64,000 nt of DNA from Octopus sinensis (Eukaryota): positions 92,628,001 through 92,692,000 of the forward strand of contig NC_043003.1 in the NCBI RefSeq assembly GCF_006345805.1. The letters are read 5' to 3'. Below, piece after piece: positions 52,019 to 64,000 of the stretch; positions within the stretch are counted from its first letter, which is position 1; every line of letters starts with the position of its first letter. Position numbers and translations under genes: made by a program. The notes below the pieces were generated by a model. That model worked only from the letters and a program-made list of their open reading frames with translations. It did no database searches and had not been told where the DNA came from.

Positions 52019-52053
52019 GTTTCTGATGAAGAGCTCTGCTCGAAACGTTAAAC
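52019..52053 (+). ncRNA. Minimal type-I hammerhead ribozyme motif in a ~200-bp Penelope-like terminal fragment (51946-52142)
   Basis: GTTT-CTGATGA-A-GAGC-TCT-GCTC-GAAA-C-GT-T-AAAC: stem I GTTT/AAAC, intact core, stem II GAGC/GCTC, palindromic ACGT stem III, GUU cleavage triplet. Confidence 0.75.
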
Positions 52054-52139
52054 CCTCCTTCTTTCCTGAGCGTCCAATAATACTATATTTGTTCCACGTC
52101 CTCGCGTTGTTGTGTTTTTTTGTGCTTTCTTGTTTGGAT

Positions 52140-52192
<53 letters not shown>

Positions 52193-52946
52193 TAAGGTGG
52201 TGCCCTAGCATGGCCACAGTCAAATGACTAAAACAAGTATAAGAGTATATATATATATATCCCATTTAAACATTGGCCAATTAAACTTATATAAATTCCG
52301 GTCAGTAGTACACTAACTAGAGACATGCACTTTCCAAGAAATATATAGTGAAACTTACAATTCTTCTAATTTAATCTTGATATTTCTGTGAAAGTCAGAC
52401 AGGGTGAAAGTACCCTAGCAGATAATGCTTTTGATATTTATGTCAAAGGTGCAGGCAATCACAGAGGGAGAGTGGGATAGAGATTCACTGCTAATTATAT
52501 TAGGTTAACCAATCCCAGTAATTTTCAGTAAAAGTCAGCTGTACTCTATATTTGTTGATGAATCACATTTCAGTCTATGTACCATGCCTGCTGATTGGTC
52601 TCATGACTGATTCAAACTGTGTTCACACAATGAACTGTCAATAAGATTTGGAAAGAGACATCTTTTGTATTGGTTTTCATACTTGTCACTTTCTTGTATG
52701 GAAGTTCTGAGTTCAACCTACCACTCATTAGAAATGTAGTCTGACTTGGTGTAATCCTATTGCTGATAGTAGTCTCGTTTCATTCTCTAACCTAGGGGGT
52801 TCTCGACCATTTTTTACCCCTTTGATTATTTTATTCTCGTGGACCCCCATAATTATGATGTTTAACCTTTTAACATTCAGATTTTTCTATCAAATATAAT
52901 GTCTAAAATTAATCATGTATTATGCTGTAGCTTTGAGATTTCAATG

Positions 52947-53325
52947 ATAAGGCAGCAAGCTGGCAGAAACGTTAGCATGCTGGGCAAAATGCTTAGCAGT
53001 ATTTCATCTGCCGCTACGTTCTGAGTTCAAATTCCGCCGAGGTCGATTTTTGCCTTTCATCCTTTTGGGGCCAATTAAATAGGTACCAGTTAAGCACTGG
53101 GGTCGATATAATCGACTTAATCCGTTTGTCTGTCCTTGTTTGTCCTCTCTGTGTTTAGCCCCTTGTGGGTAGTGAAGAAATAGGTATTCCGTCTGTCTTT
53201 ATTGTCTGAGTTCGAATTCTACTGAGGTTGCCTTTCATCCTTTCGGGTCGATAAATTAAGTACCAGTTGTGTACTGGTGTCAATCTAATTGACTAGCTCC
53301 CTCCCCAAAAATTTTCGGGCCTGGA
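52947..53325 (+). mobile_element. tRNA-derived SINE with duplicated body
   Basis: 'ttctgagttcaaattccgccgaggtcgatttttgcctttcatccttt...' occurs twice. Decayed relatives at about 59470-59640 and 62150-62450. Confidence 0.8.
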
Positions 53326-55030
53326 ATTGTATTCCCTTCTGACCTTGTGCCCTCCTTTTGAAAAATTCCTGGGATCATGCCTGGCACATCCCTACTCAAA
53401 TTCACTGTGCTTTCTCCTGTGTTTTTTATGGGAAAAATAGTTTCAGTTCACAAACATTTCGGGTGGTAAATTTGTTGACTGAAGTTCTCATGTATTGGCT
53501 AAAAGACAAAGGATATAAATGTAGAACTTTCTTTTCTCAGTCAGGCAAACTAATAAGGTACAGTTTTGCAATTTGCTCTTGGGACAACACAATGGCTTTT
53601 GGGAAATTTACCCATCCAATTAATTTCAGTCATCATGTCTGTTTAATTAAATATAACAAAGGCATGTGGCCTAAGGGTTAGGGTGTTCATATCTTGATTG
53701 TAAGATCCTAGGTTCAATTCAGGTAGGTGATTCATTGTGTCCTTAAGCTAAGTACTTCATGTCACATTATTCCAATCTACTCGACTATAATGAGTATCCG
53801 CCAAGTGCTGGTGCAGTCCTTTATCTTGTCTGCCATCTGTCACATCCTGGATGTTATACTGGGGTTAAGAATGAGGAGTCCTAGAGAGTGCCTATGCCTA
53901 TTTTTAGGAGCTGTGACTACATAAGTATCAAAAACAATGAAAGTGTAGTACTTGCAAATGATGCCTGGCTGTATTTGAATTAAAATACATCAAATTTCTT
54001 TTTATAGAAATATGTTCAATCTAATAATAAAATCCTAGCTAAGAAAGAGCTTTTTCAATTAATGTACTTTTTTCTGTTTGAAAATGCATTCAAATTCTTG
54101 TTACAAGGCACTTCATTTTCATGTTGTATGATCTTGGTAAACAAAAAGCTTGTTCATACAATATCAATTGTTTCTTGTTCTTTGTGTGACAGTGTCTTGG
54201 TTTCTTGCTGTTCAGTGAACAAGGAAATTTGTCATGTTTGGAAATATGTGGTTGTTGGCATCATGAAGGGCATCTGGCCACAGAGAACTGTACCTCAATG
54301 TAACCTTGTTTGACACATCCAAACAGAAAGCAGACATTAAACTGATGATGATAGTGGTGATGATGATTATGTGTTAAAGAAATATGTTCAGGAAAGTGTT
54401 AGTGACCAGACAGACAAAAAAAACTATTATGCAATTCACATAAATTAATGTTTTCAGAATGTGTTGAGGGCTTGGATAGCAACTTCCTCATGCTATACAG
54501 AAGGCTTTCTGTTGCAACATGTCTGCAATATATGTGATTTAAGTGTGGACTGACAATATCCAAAAAGAAAATGAAAGAAGCAAAATTATATTTAAAATGG
54601 ATACAAAGTTCTTCTGAATTTACTTGAATAATAGTTAATAGTCAGAATTAAAATTAGAAAATATATTTTCATCTTTTTCTTGTTTCAATGTTAGAACTGT
54701 GGCCATACTGGGGCACCGCCTTGAAGTGTTTAGTCAAATAAATCAATCCCAATACTTATGTTTTAAAGTATTTGGGAACCCATAATATGTGTTGGTGTTA
54801 TGAATAAAACCAATCAATTAAAAGAATTTCAATCATACCCGCCTTAATTGAGATATTCATCATTAAAGTTAACAATTCTAGCACCTGCACTCAAACAATC
54901 ATCACAACTTCTGGTTTTGCTACCAATAGCAAAATTGGTGCATGATGTCACAATACACCAGTTTCAAAATGGGTCATACAAGCGATGGGAGCATGTCATC
55001 CCTTCTTCAGTGCATATTGGCCTTCGTTTG

Positions 55031-55205
55031 TCTTTTGAAGAGTCATCTTTTGACGACACCAATGATGAAGTCCAACATATTGCACCATATTGATTTGAAC
55101 CAGAAAAATTAAATTTGGAAGAATCCAATTCATCATTACTGACCACTGACCATGATAACGAAGATGAACCTAGATTAGGAAACACTGACTGGTATGGGTG
55201 TATAA
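55031..55205 (+). pseudogene. Relic of a P2X7-ballast-like reading frame, probably transposon-borne
   Basis: In-frame IAPY*FEPE-(acidic spacer)-EPRLGNTDWYGC resembles the 'PY.FEP...RLGNT.WC.C' start I recall for this family. It has a stop at 55091 and lacks the cysteine cluster. Confidence 0.45.
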
Positions 55206-55543
55206 ATGTTCCTAATGTTAATCAAAATTTTTTAAATGACCAAATATTTCAGGGCGTACTGGATTTTCTTTTCACCAGCACTTGTGATGAGTCATATTTA
55301 ATTTTTCTTTTTAATCTTTTAGCTTGAAGTAAAAAGAAATGCATATGAAACTTTACCAGGCCTCTGTGACTGATGGGAGGGAGGAAGACTTGACTTAAGT
55401 ACTTGTAACAAAATAGACTTCACTACTTGGTGTCTTTGACACCTAAATTAGTAGAGGTGAACCAGTAGGAGATAGAATGGATCTACCACAAAAGGACTAC
55501 TATAAAAGTTCAAGTGTCAAAACAATTTCATTTTTAAAACATG

Positions 55544-56062
55544 TCATCGTTTAACGTCCGCTTTCCATGCTAACATGGGTTGGACGAATGACTGAGGGCT
55601 GGCGAACCAGATGGCTGCACCAGGCTTCAATCTTGATCTGGCAGAGTTTCTACAGCTGGATGCCCTTCCTAACGTCAACCACTCTGAGAGTGTAGTGGGT
55701 GCTTTTACGTGCCAGTCAGGCGGTACTGGCAACAACCTCGCTCGAATCTTTTACACATGCCACCGGCACAGGTGCCAGTAAGGCGATGCTGGTAAAGATC
55801 ACGCTTGAATGGAGTCTTTTATGTGCCACCGGCATGGAGGCCAGATAGCCGCTCTGGCAACAATTATGCTCGGATGGTGCTCTTAATACCCTACTAGCAC
55901 GGGACTCGAGTGCCAGTAAGGCGATGCTGGTAACGATCACGCTCAAATGGTGCCTTTTAAATGCCACTGGCACGGAAGCTGGTTAGCCGCTCTGTCAACA
56001 ATCACACTCATATGGTGCTCTTTGCACCCCGCTAGCAGTCGTCGAATTTGATTTTGATTTGT
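55544..56062 (-). mobile_element. 5'-truncated copy of the RTE 3'UTR
   Basis: Matches 34597-35000, including the (GAT) tail, ~60-bp tandem units and 'aaatcaaaatcaaattcgacgac'. Confidence 0.85.
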
Positions 56063-56489
56063 GAAAAATCTAGGAAGCTCTATGGTATGGGCAGTGGTTT
56101 GAGGCAAATTTGATTGTTATTTCTAGGAGGTCAAGCAGCTATGTGGAGACTTTCACATTCTCTTGTCTCATGGACTGACAATCAGTTTATAGCTAAGGAG
56201 TCTGTGCTATTGTGATGTAAGCATCTTAGCCACATACACAGAGTAGCACTAGTAATAATATATGATCAACTGATCTACTGCTATATCAGCTGGGACAGAT
56301 ATTCAAACTCACTTTTTTCAGTTAACCAAATATTAGAATACCATTCATTTACGTTTGTATTCACAGCTTGTTGAGTCAATTAAATATTGAACTCTATTTT
56401 TTTAAGATGAGTATTGTGGTTTGCTTGAAGTGTTGTGATACACAAGTAAAATAACAAATATTGATGACAGCTATTGATGAAAAGGGATT

Positions 56490-58190
56490 GTGAAACAACC
56501 TTTACCTCTTTAGCACAAAATATTCTGTTTTTGTTCAAACTACCCAGATGTGGTCTCTCGCACCAACCCAACAATGTTGTTCTAAAAATAAACCGTCTCA
56601 TCTTGAAAATCTCAAAACTGCAAAATAATGAATGATTAATTCAAAACAGAGTGAATAAATAAGCATTAGACAGAATAATCTGAATGCTAAAAGGTTTATA
56701 TATTTCAGGCATAAAGGCCCATCGTCAGAAGTGAATTGCTTGGAAATACAAGTTTATGCAGTTCCTGCTTGAATCAGCTTTGCAGGATGAGGGACCTTTG
56801 TGCCTGAAATATATTAACTCTTAAGCGTTTAAACCAGCCATATCTGGTACAAATATTCTGCCTGTCTTATGTTCAAACTGACCATATCCAGCCTCTCTCA
56901 CCTACCCTACAATATCATTCTAAAAATAAACAATCGCATCAATAAAATCTTGAAGCTATGAGACAATGTGTGGTTAATTCGAAACAATGTGAATAAATAA
57001 GCATTATACAGTGATCGAAGACCGGCTGTGATAACTGAATATCCGCGAAATAGGGACACCATATTTACAGTATTTATTTAACAAGTATTTGGACTTTTAA
57101 AACCCTCCCCGTACTGTTAACAACCCACCCATTACAGTAGTCTATTAATAACAAGGACAACTGTTAAGCAATAACACTTTAGATTTTAAAAAATAAAGAT
57201 TGTTACTGTTACACAGGCCAGATTACTAAATAGAAAGCTGTGATTCATTGTCTCTCTCCATTGCACCAATCACAGCCCGTCATAAGTTTAAATATCCCTG
57301 TACATGCTTTTTTCCTATTTTACGCTTGTTTTGTTGTTCCTAGACTAGGAAGTAATATTTATTATTAATATTTTAATGGATTTAATGAAAAAAGTTTAGG
57401 CGTTCATATATATATATATATTTTTAAAATCCGCAATAGTTGAACCGCGAAGTAGCAAGAGCTCACTGTATTTGACAGAGAAATTAAAATGTTTGAGTGC
57501 TATGGTTAATTAACTTTTCTTTTTCACATTATTACAAGCTCTCTGTCTTCGTTATTATTTGTTTTACTTCTGTATTTCATTTTAAAATCTTGTTTCAAGT
57601 AAATGTGGGTTGATGGTTCATAAAATATGTGTCAATTATTGTTTAACTTAAGGTCAACATGTGATCAAGCAAAAATAAACAGAGGCAAGCCTTCGTTGCT
57701 ATTTAGATATAATGTGTCTCAGTCATTACTGTGCAATGTGTTGTTCCCTTTTGATACTGACCATTCCTAGTTCTATAATAGAAACTTTCTATTTTAAACC
57801 TTTAGCATTCAAGCCAGCCATATCCAGCCCAAATATTCTATCTGCTTTTATTTTTTGTTTGTTCAAACTGGCCAGGTTCAAACTGGCCTCTTACACCTAC
57901 TCTACAATGTCATTCTAAAAATAAACAATCGTGTCATTGCAATCTCAAAACACTGCGATAATTCACAATTAATTAAAACCAATGTGAATGAATAAGCATT
58001 ACATTTAACAGAATAATCTGAAGTCTAAAGAGTTAAAGTGATCTGAATTAAAACCTTCCATCAAAATTTTATATCAATTTATTATCCAGACATCAGCTTA
58101 ATTATGACAATTATTTTCTAAATTCTTCATTATTCTAGAACTTAAAAGGCAGTGTGTTTTGACAGAAATATGGTAACAAAAGGGTTAAGA
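56490..58190. mobile_element. Cluster of TTAA-MITEs (about 56490-56697, 56815-57480, 57793-58035, 58032-58190); the second is interrupted by a CAGTGA...TCACTG element at TA (57009-57468)
   Basis: Three copies share 'caaatattct...gttcaaact...ttctaaaaataaac...gtgaataaataagcatta'. Ends such as TTAA-acctttagca / ctaaagag-TTAA. The insert's right end resembles a pogo/Tigger TIR. Confidence 0.65.
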
Positions 58191-58439
58191 CATTGTGGTC
58201 TAAGCACAACCACATGTGAAGACTCCTTCATTGGCACAAGTATCAGTTAGCATAGTGTAGTAATGCTATTTTGAGACAAATAAACCTTATGCTGACATTT
58301 TCATGGTTAACTATAATTCTTGCCTACCCTTGTAATACAATGTAAGGAAAGCACCCCCACTCCACACAGGTTGTAATACAACATAAGGAAAACACCTCTG
58401 CTGCACTACATGTTTCAACAGAGCCAGCTTATGATACAT

Positions 58440-58832
58440 CATCACCTCATCATTTAGCGTCCGCTTTCCATGCTAGCATGGGTTGGACGGTTCAACTGGG
58501 GTCTGGGAAGCCAGAAGGCTGCACCAGGCCCAGTCTGATCTGGCAATGTTTCTACAGCTGAATGCCCTTCCTAACGTCAACCACTCTGTGAGTGTAGTGG
58601 GTGCTTTTTACTTGCCACCAGCACAGGTGCCAGACGGGGTTGGCAAACGGCCACGGACGGATGGTGCTTTTTACGTGCCACTGGCATGGAGGCCAGTTAG
58701 GGCGGCGCTGGCAACGGCCACGGTCAGGTGGTGCGGGGGCCAGGCAAAGCTGGCAACGGCCATGATCGGATGGTGCTTTTTATGTGCCACCGGCACGGAG
58801 GCCAGTCGGGGCGGCGCTGGCAACGGCCACGA
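58440..58832 (-). mobile_element. 5'-truncated copy of the RTE 3'UTR
   Basis: Nearly identical to 34600-34800, plus tandem units. Confidence 0.85.
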
Positions 58833-61800
58833 TGATACATAAATACATATCAAGGAAAAGAGGAAACAAAAAATTAAAGTCATGGGTTGTGTATGTTTTA
58901 GAACACTGAACTTTACTAAGATATATCAACTTATTACAGACCTTGGCCTGAGTATTATGTATCTGTTTCTACCCAGCCTATACCAGCATCGACTTAAGAT
59001 AAACAAACACAGACTAGTGGTTGTTTTTCTGTTGTCATCATCTTCATCATCATCATCATCATCATCATAAAGTATCCACCTCTTTAAACACATTTCCAGC
59101 TTAATTTCAAGCATGTCAACAGTTAAATGACCTGAATTTTAAGATATAAATTCTATATTGTAGCTATTGACCTATTAAAATAGCAACAGAAACTATTATA
59201 GACTTTAAAAAACCGGAAATCCTTTGGACTTGTCTGTAATTATTGCTATCACATGTTGATTTGATTGCTAGCACTTTAAGTCTGTCACAATTATTGTTAT
59301 TATACTTACGAAGTATGTTTTTATGAAGTGTGTCACTGACAAGAATCATTTATGAGATTTCCTTTGGTAATAAATATTGATTTAATTTCATTAGGCATCA
59401 GGTCAGTTTTTGTAAGGAATGGAGAACAGGTTCCATCTCCCAGTATGTTACCTGTCTTGCTAGAATTTATTTTATTGTCCCTAGGAGGATGAAAGATAAA
59501 GCCAGTACCAGTGGGGTTAGAATTCAGAACTTAAAAAGAGGAAACTGAGCATGTGATAAAGGTAACAAGCTAGCAGAACCATTAGCATTGCCTATGTTCT
59601 AAGTTCAAATTCTGTCAGTCAACTTTGCTTTTCATACTTTTCAATATTATTGTTTGCCTTATTGCATCACCAAACATTATTATTCTATTTATATGTGAAA
59701 TAAACAGCTTAGAAATCATAAAAAACATGACAAAATGACAATAAAATATTTCATTGCACTAATTAATTACATCTTTTTAATCAAGAACAGATTAGACAAT
59801 GAAAACATTTTCCCATTCCTTCCTCTTCCATACAATCTGGATTGTCTGTCTTAGCTGTCTACACTATTATAATTTTTCATTGCCATCTTTTAACACCCAC
59901 TCTTCCATGCTTGCATAGGTATGATGAAGTTTTATTGAGGTGTATTTTCTACAGCTGGATGCTCTTCCTGTTGCCAAACCTCACTTGACCAGACGTATGT
60001 CTTCATGGAAGATTGGGGTGTGAAAGGCACCACTTGCATGACAGTGACATTCGGTTACAGCTATCTTATGAAGTTAATCAAGGCTAGGAGACAGTAACAC
60101 ACACACACACGCACGCTATGGGCCTCTTTCTGTCTCCATCTGCCAAATCCACTCACAAAGCTTCAGTTGGTCCATAAAGTGCCACATAGTGGGGCTGAAC
60201 TCAGGTCCATATGTTTTGGAAGCAAACTTCTTGCATTATCTCCAATCACCTGTCAACTAGCGAGTGCATTTTATCATGGCAATAGCAGAGATCTTATTAC
60301 GTGTTCCATATAAGACTGAAATCTTCTCTAGTCTATATTGTCACTGTTTTTCTTTTTAAAGAATATATGACCAAGAGAGAGGGTGAATGGAGAGAGAGAG
60401 AAAAGGAGAATGGTGGTTGCGGTGGTGGTGGTGACCAAGCAAGTGAATACAAGGAATTTGAATGAGTGAGATAAGTAAGCAGAATGTGTATACATAGGTA
60501 TACATGTGTAGAATACATCCCCACTTTTGGCACTATTTTGTTAATAAACAGTACGAACTGTGTCTAAAGTATATATGTATTACTACGCTGAATGTTGACA
60601 GTTCGTGTAACATGTAAAGCAAATAAACACGTAAAACAATAACAATGCCTTCATTTGAGTTGTCTATCACCCATCAAGAATGAAACTACACATAACATGG
60701 TGGCAGTGATGGGATACACATAGATATGAATGTGTAACACAGAATAATAACAATGGGCACAGGAAGTAATAGAAGAGAGACGGTGATAGCTTTGTGTTGA
60801 TGGTTAGCAAAGAGACCAGACCGAAAACTGGCATGAACAATGTAATGGGATAGTAATAAAGGCTGATGGTGGTAAAAGAGAATGAGAGTATAGCAATAGA
60901 GGTGACCTATGATAGGTGAGAGTGGTAGATGTCAAAAAGGAGTCAGAAGGGGAAAGAGAATGATGATGATTGGTGGTAATGTAGAGTGATTGTAGTGGAG
61001 GAGGCGGAGTACATGAATATGGTTAGAACAGTCAGCATAATTCATTAGTCAAGCTAGAAAAGGTGCAGTAACAGGAGTGATGTCAGAAAAGAGGCAAAGT
61101 GCTAAAGAGTGAAGGAAGAGAGGTAGATTGATAAGGGGAATAATCAAGGGATTAAACACAGACAGATCAAATGTATTTCTAACAAATAATCTCTTATATA
61201 AAATCTGTTCTGTCTGTCTGTGTGGTGCTTCTCGGATCTCGGGCATCCTCCATCCGATTGTGCTCAAATTTGATATGTAGATACCGATGGTATCAGGGCA
61301 TGTATAAGTCTTGAAAAAATTACAAAAATCAATTCCAGGTGAGAATGCGATCGATAAAGCCGTGGGAAATTGTTTTTCTTTGGAATGGAAAGAAAGTCTG
61401 TCTTTATTTCTTCTTTTGCTGGTGTCTCAAATTTAGGTTAAATCAGTGTTTCTCAAAGGGGAGGCCTATGGGATGATCAGACAAGTTGTTTTGAGAAATT
61501 TTGGTTTAAATGTTTGACAACTCAGCACCGTCCATTAGACGGTGGGAGGGGGTGCGTTTTGCTCGTAACAATAATGATAAAAGAAAAGTCACATGACTAT
61601 GGTTGCTACAATTCAAACAAGTATCAAAATTTGAAGGTCACTAAATAGGGTTGGTAGTATGGGAAAACATAAAATCCTAAATACTGCTTTTGTAATGATG
61701 ACACTTAAAAGAGCAGTATTGCAAAATGGTTTTCCAAAAGCACTTAAAGTATTAGTTGTTTAAGATGTCTTTCCAAAAAAACACTTGATACAGTTTTTAC

Positions 61801-62499
61801 AGGATGTTTTTTTAAAAAAAAAAATTAATCATTTGATCATTCATATTTTAATCATTAATCATTAATCCTTTTAATCATTAATTATTCATATTTTAATTCT
61901 TCTTACTCTTTCTGTTATGGTTTGGTTGTACATCTGTCAAGTTCTGAATGGAGGAGGAAGAAATGGGAATATGTTTTCATTGTCTAATCTGTTCTTGATT
62001 AAAAAGATGTAATTAATTAGTGCAATGAAATATTTTATTGTCATTTTTGTCATGTTTTTTATGATTTCTAAGCCGTTTATTTCACATATAAATAGAATGA
62101 TAATGTTTGGTGATGCAACAAGGCAAACAATAATATTGAAAAGTATGAAAAGCAAAGTTGACCGACAGAATTTGAACTTAGAACATAAGCAATGCTAATG
62201 GTTCTGCTAGCTTGTTACCTTCATCAAAAGAATACTGCTAAGCATTTTGTTTGATGTTCTAGCCAAATTTTTTGTGGAAGAGACTGGCAGAATTGTTAGT
62301 GTAACAGTCAAAATACCTTGTATTATTTGTTCTGGCTATGTATGTTCAGAGTTCAAAATTCCACTGGTGTCAATAAAATAAAGTGCCAGCCAAGTATGGA
62401 TATCAATTTAATTGACGAGATCCTCTCCACATATTTATGAACTTGTGCAGCTGTTAAAAACTATTATTTTACATATTATATAGTGTGTTTGTGTATCGT

Positions 62500-62800
62500 G
62501 GCACTCTGTTGGTTATGATGATGAGGGTTCCAGTTAATCCGATCAACGGAACAGCCTGCTCCTGAAATTAATGTGCAAGTGGCTGAAGCACTCCACAGAC
62601 AAGTGTACCCTTAACATAGTTCTCAGGGAGATTCAGCATGACACAGAGTGTGAGAAAGTTGTGGTGAAAGAATACAGAGGGTTCAACCCCACTGCTGGGG
62701 CCTCGTGGAGCTTTTAGGTGTTTTTGCTCAATAAACACTCACAACGCCCGGTCTGGGAATTGAAACTGCAATCTTTCAATCACGAGTCCATTGCACCTCC
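62500..62800 (-). mobile_element. Chimeric tRNA-SINE: 5' part like 46568-46856, 3' part like 47373-47560
   Basis: 'ttgagcaaaaacacctaaaagctccacgaggc' is joined to 'cacactctgtgtcatgctgaatctccctgag'. Confidence 0.65.
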
Positions 62801-62921
62801 ACAGATATATATATTGTCATAACTAATAAAGATTTTGTTGCTTAATCATATGTCAAAATAAGAATATTATGATATGACATGCTAAATTTACTTATGTACT
62901 CTTTTGTTTTTCTATTTCCAG

Positions 62922-63812
62922 CTGCTTCTATGTCGGCCTACATTGGTGAGTTTCATATCTGGCTACAAAGTTGACACAAATATAGAATTTAAGAAATCCA
63001 AAGTTCCTTTAGCATTCCACACTGCTCAAGGATCCGGGCCTCCTCTTGTGTTAATGCTTGGCTGGATGTTTGCTCGCAGTCACCATCTGACGAAATACAG
63101 CAACATTTACTGCAGTAAAGGCTTTGATGTGTTAGAGATCAGTGTAAACCCTCTACAAGTTCTTGTACCTAGTCGAGCACAAGGTTTTGTTGAAAAGATT
63201 TTTGGTATTTTAGAAAAAGAAGACTATATAAATAAACCTATTATTGTGCATGGATTCTCAGTGGGTGGTTACATTTATGGGGAAATGCTTGTGAAAATGG
63301 ATAAAGAACCAAAGAAACTTGCAGCTCTCGGTAAACGTATTGTTGGTCAGGTTTTTGACAGTCCAGTAGATAAAGATCGAGTGGCATATGGTATGTCAGT
63401 AAATATTGGAAAAAATTATTTTTCTCAGAGACTAATCTTCCATCTATTAAACCAATACTTGAAAATCTTCAAAAAATCTGTGTCTGACCATTTTTCTAAA
63501 GCCAACCAGGCTTTCATACAAAATGCACGAAGGATTCCTACTCTCTTATTATATTCATATAAAGATTCTATTGCAAACCCTGAAGTGATTGAGAGTACTA
63601 TATCTTTGTGGGAAAATGACGGAATTCCTGTCCTTTACAAGTCTTGGAATGATACCAAACATGTTAGCCACTTGCAGAAATATCCTGAAGAATATATTGA
63701 GATTTTATTAACTTTCTTGGACCGTTTGCCTCTAATCTGTGATTCAAATGACAATTGTAAAACTGATGAGGCAGATGATATACCAGCTCGTTCGTCCACT
63801 TCATTACATTGA
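62922..63812 (+). CDS. TMEM53: Main/terminal exon of a DUF829 (TMEM53-like) alpha/beta-hydrolase-fold protein; 296 aa in this exon, about 314 aa with exon 44471-44524
   Basis: Acceptor ttttgtttttctatttccAG| at 62921. Family motifs LVLMLGW...HLTKYS.IY, HGFSVGG, FDSP, LLYSYKD.IA, W.DTKHVSH...PEEY. Family assignment is solid; 1:1 orthology to TMEM53 is uncertain. Confidence 0.9.
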   Translation: MLLCRPTLVSFISGYKVDTNIEFKKSKVPLAFHTAQGSGPPLVLMLGWMFARSHHLTKYSNIYCSKGFDVLEISVNPLQVLVPSRAQGFVEKIFGILEKEDYINKPIIVHGFSVGGYIYGEMLVKMDKEPKKLAALGKRIVGQVFDSPVDKDRVAYGMSVNIGKNYFSQRLIFHLLNQYLKIFKKSVSDHFSKANQAFIQNARRIPTLLLYSYKDSIANPEVIESTISLWENDGIPVLYKSWNDTKHVSHLQKYPEEYIEILLTFLDRLPLICDSNDNCKTDEADDIPARSSTSLH

Positions 63813-64000
63813 TATTATTCTCCTTAGATTATTCAACAACCACTTCAAGATATTCTTTACAAAATATCACTTATTTACAAAGTACTTTATTCTGTTGATA
63901 TGACATTGATTTTACAAAGTATTAGTACTACAGATATATCAGTCTTTACAAAATACTTATTTTACACTTTTTTTTTCTACTGGTATCACATAGTACTTTA

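Noticed and set aside
60330-61140. Purine-rich block possibly derived from a LINE
   Set aside because: No interpretable protein motif on either strand.
62904-62921. TTG start of the listed 302-aa ORF (MFFYFQ)
   Set aside because: It is the polypyrimidine tract and AG of a splice acceptor, not a start codon.

Overview
AT-rich eukaryotic (animal) genomic DNA dominated by microsatellites and transposon relics. The repeat families (CORE-like tRNA-SINEs, R4/Dong, RTE and CR1-like LINEs, mariner/maT, Helitron-like elements, TTAA-MITEs) look like those of an octopod cephalopod; this is inferred from repeat content only. One host protein-coding gene is supported: a DUF829/TMEM53-like alpha/beta-hydrolase on the + strand. 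Its main exon is 62922-63812, and a probable 18-codon first coding exon lies at 44471-44524, about 18.4 kb upstream; the joined N-terminus resembles a mitochondrial presequence. The most interesting non-coding signals are: (i) minimal hammerhead-ribozyme motifs in Penelope-like terminal fragments, one intact and sense-oriented in the predicted intron (52019-52053) and two degenerate; (ii) long near-perfect hairpins with a shared tail, inserted in (TA)n/(TG)n tracts; (iii) same-orientation stacks of (TAA)n-targeting R4/Dong elements; (iv) a young RTE LINE with a PHD finger behind its RT; (v) a relic of a P2X7-ballast-like reading frame. Most listed ORFs are microsatellite artefacts. No rRNA, true tRNA gene or CRISPR array was seen. 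Transposon boundaries are approximate unless termini are quoted.
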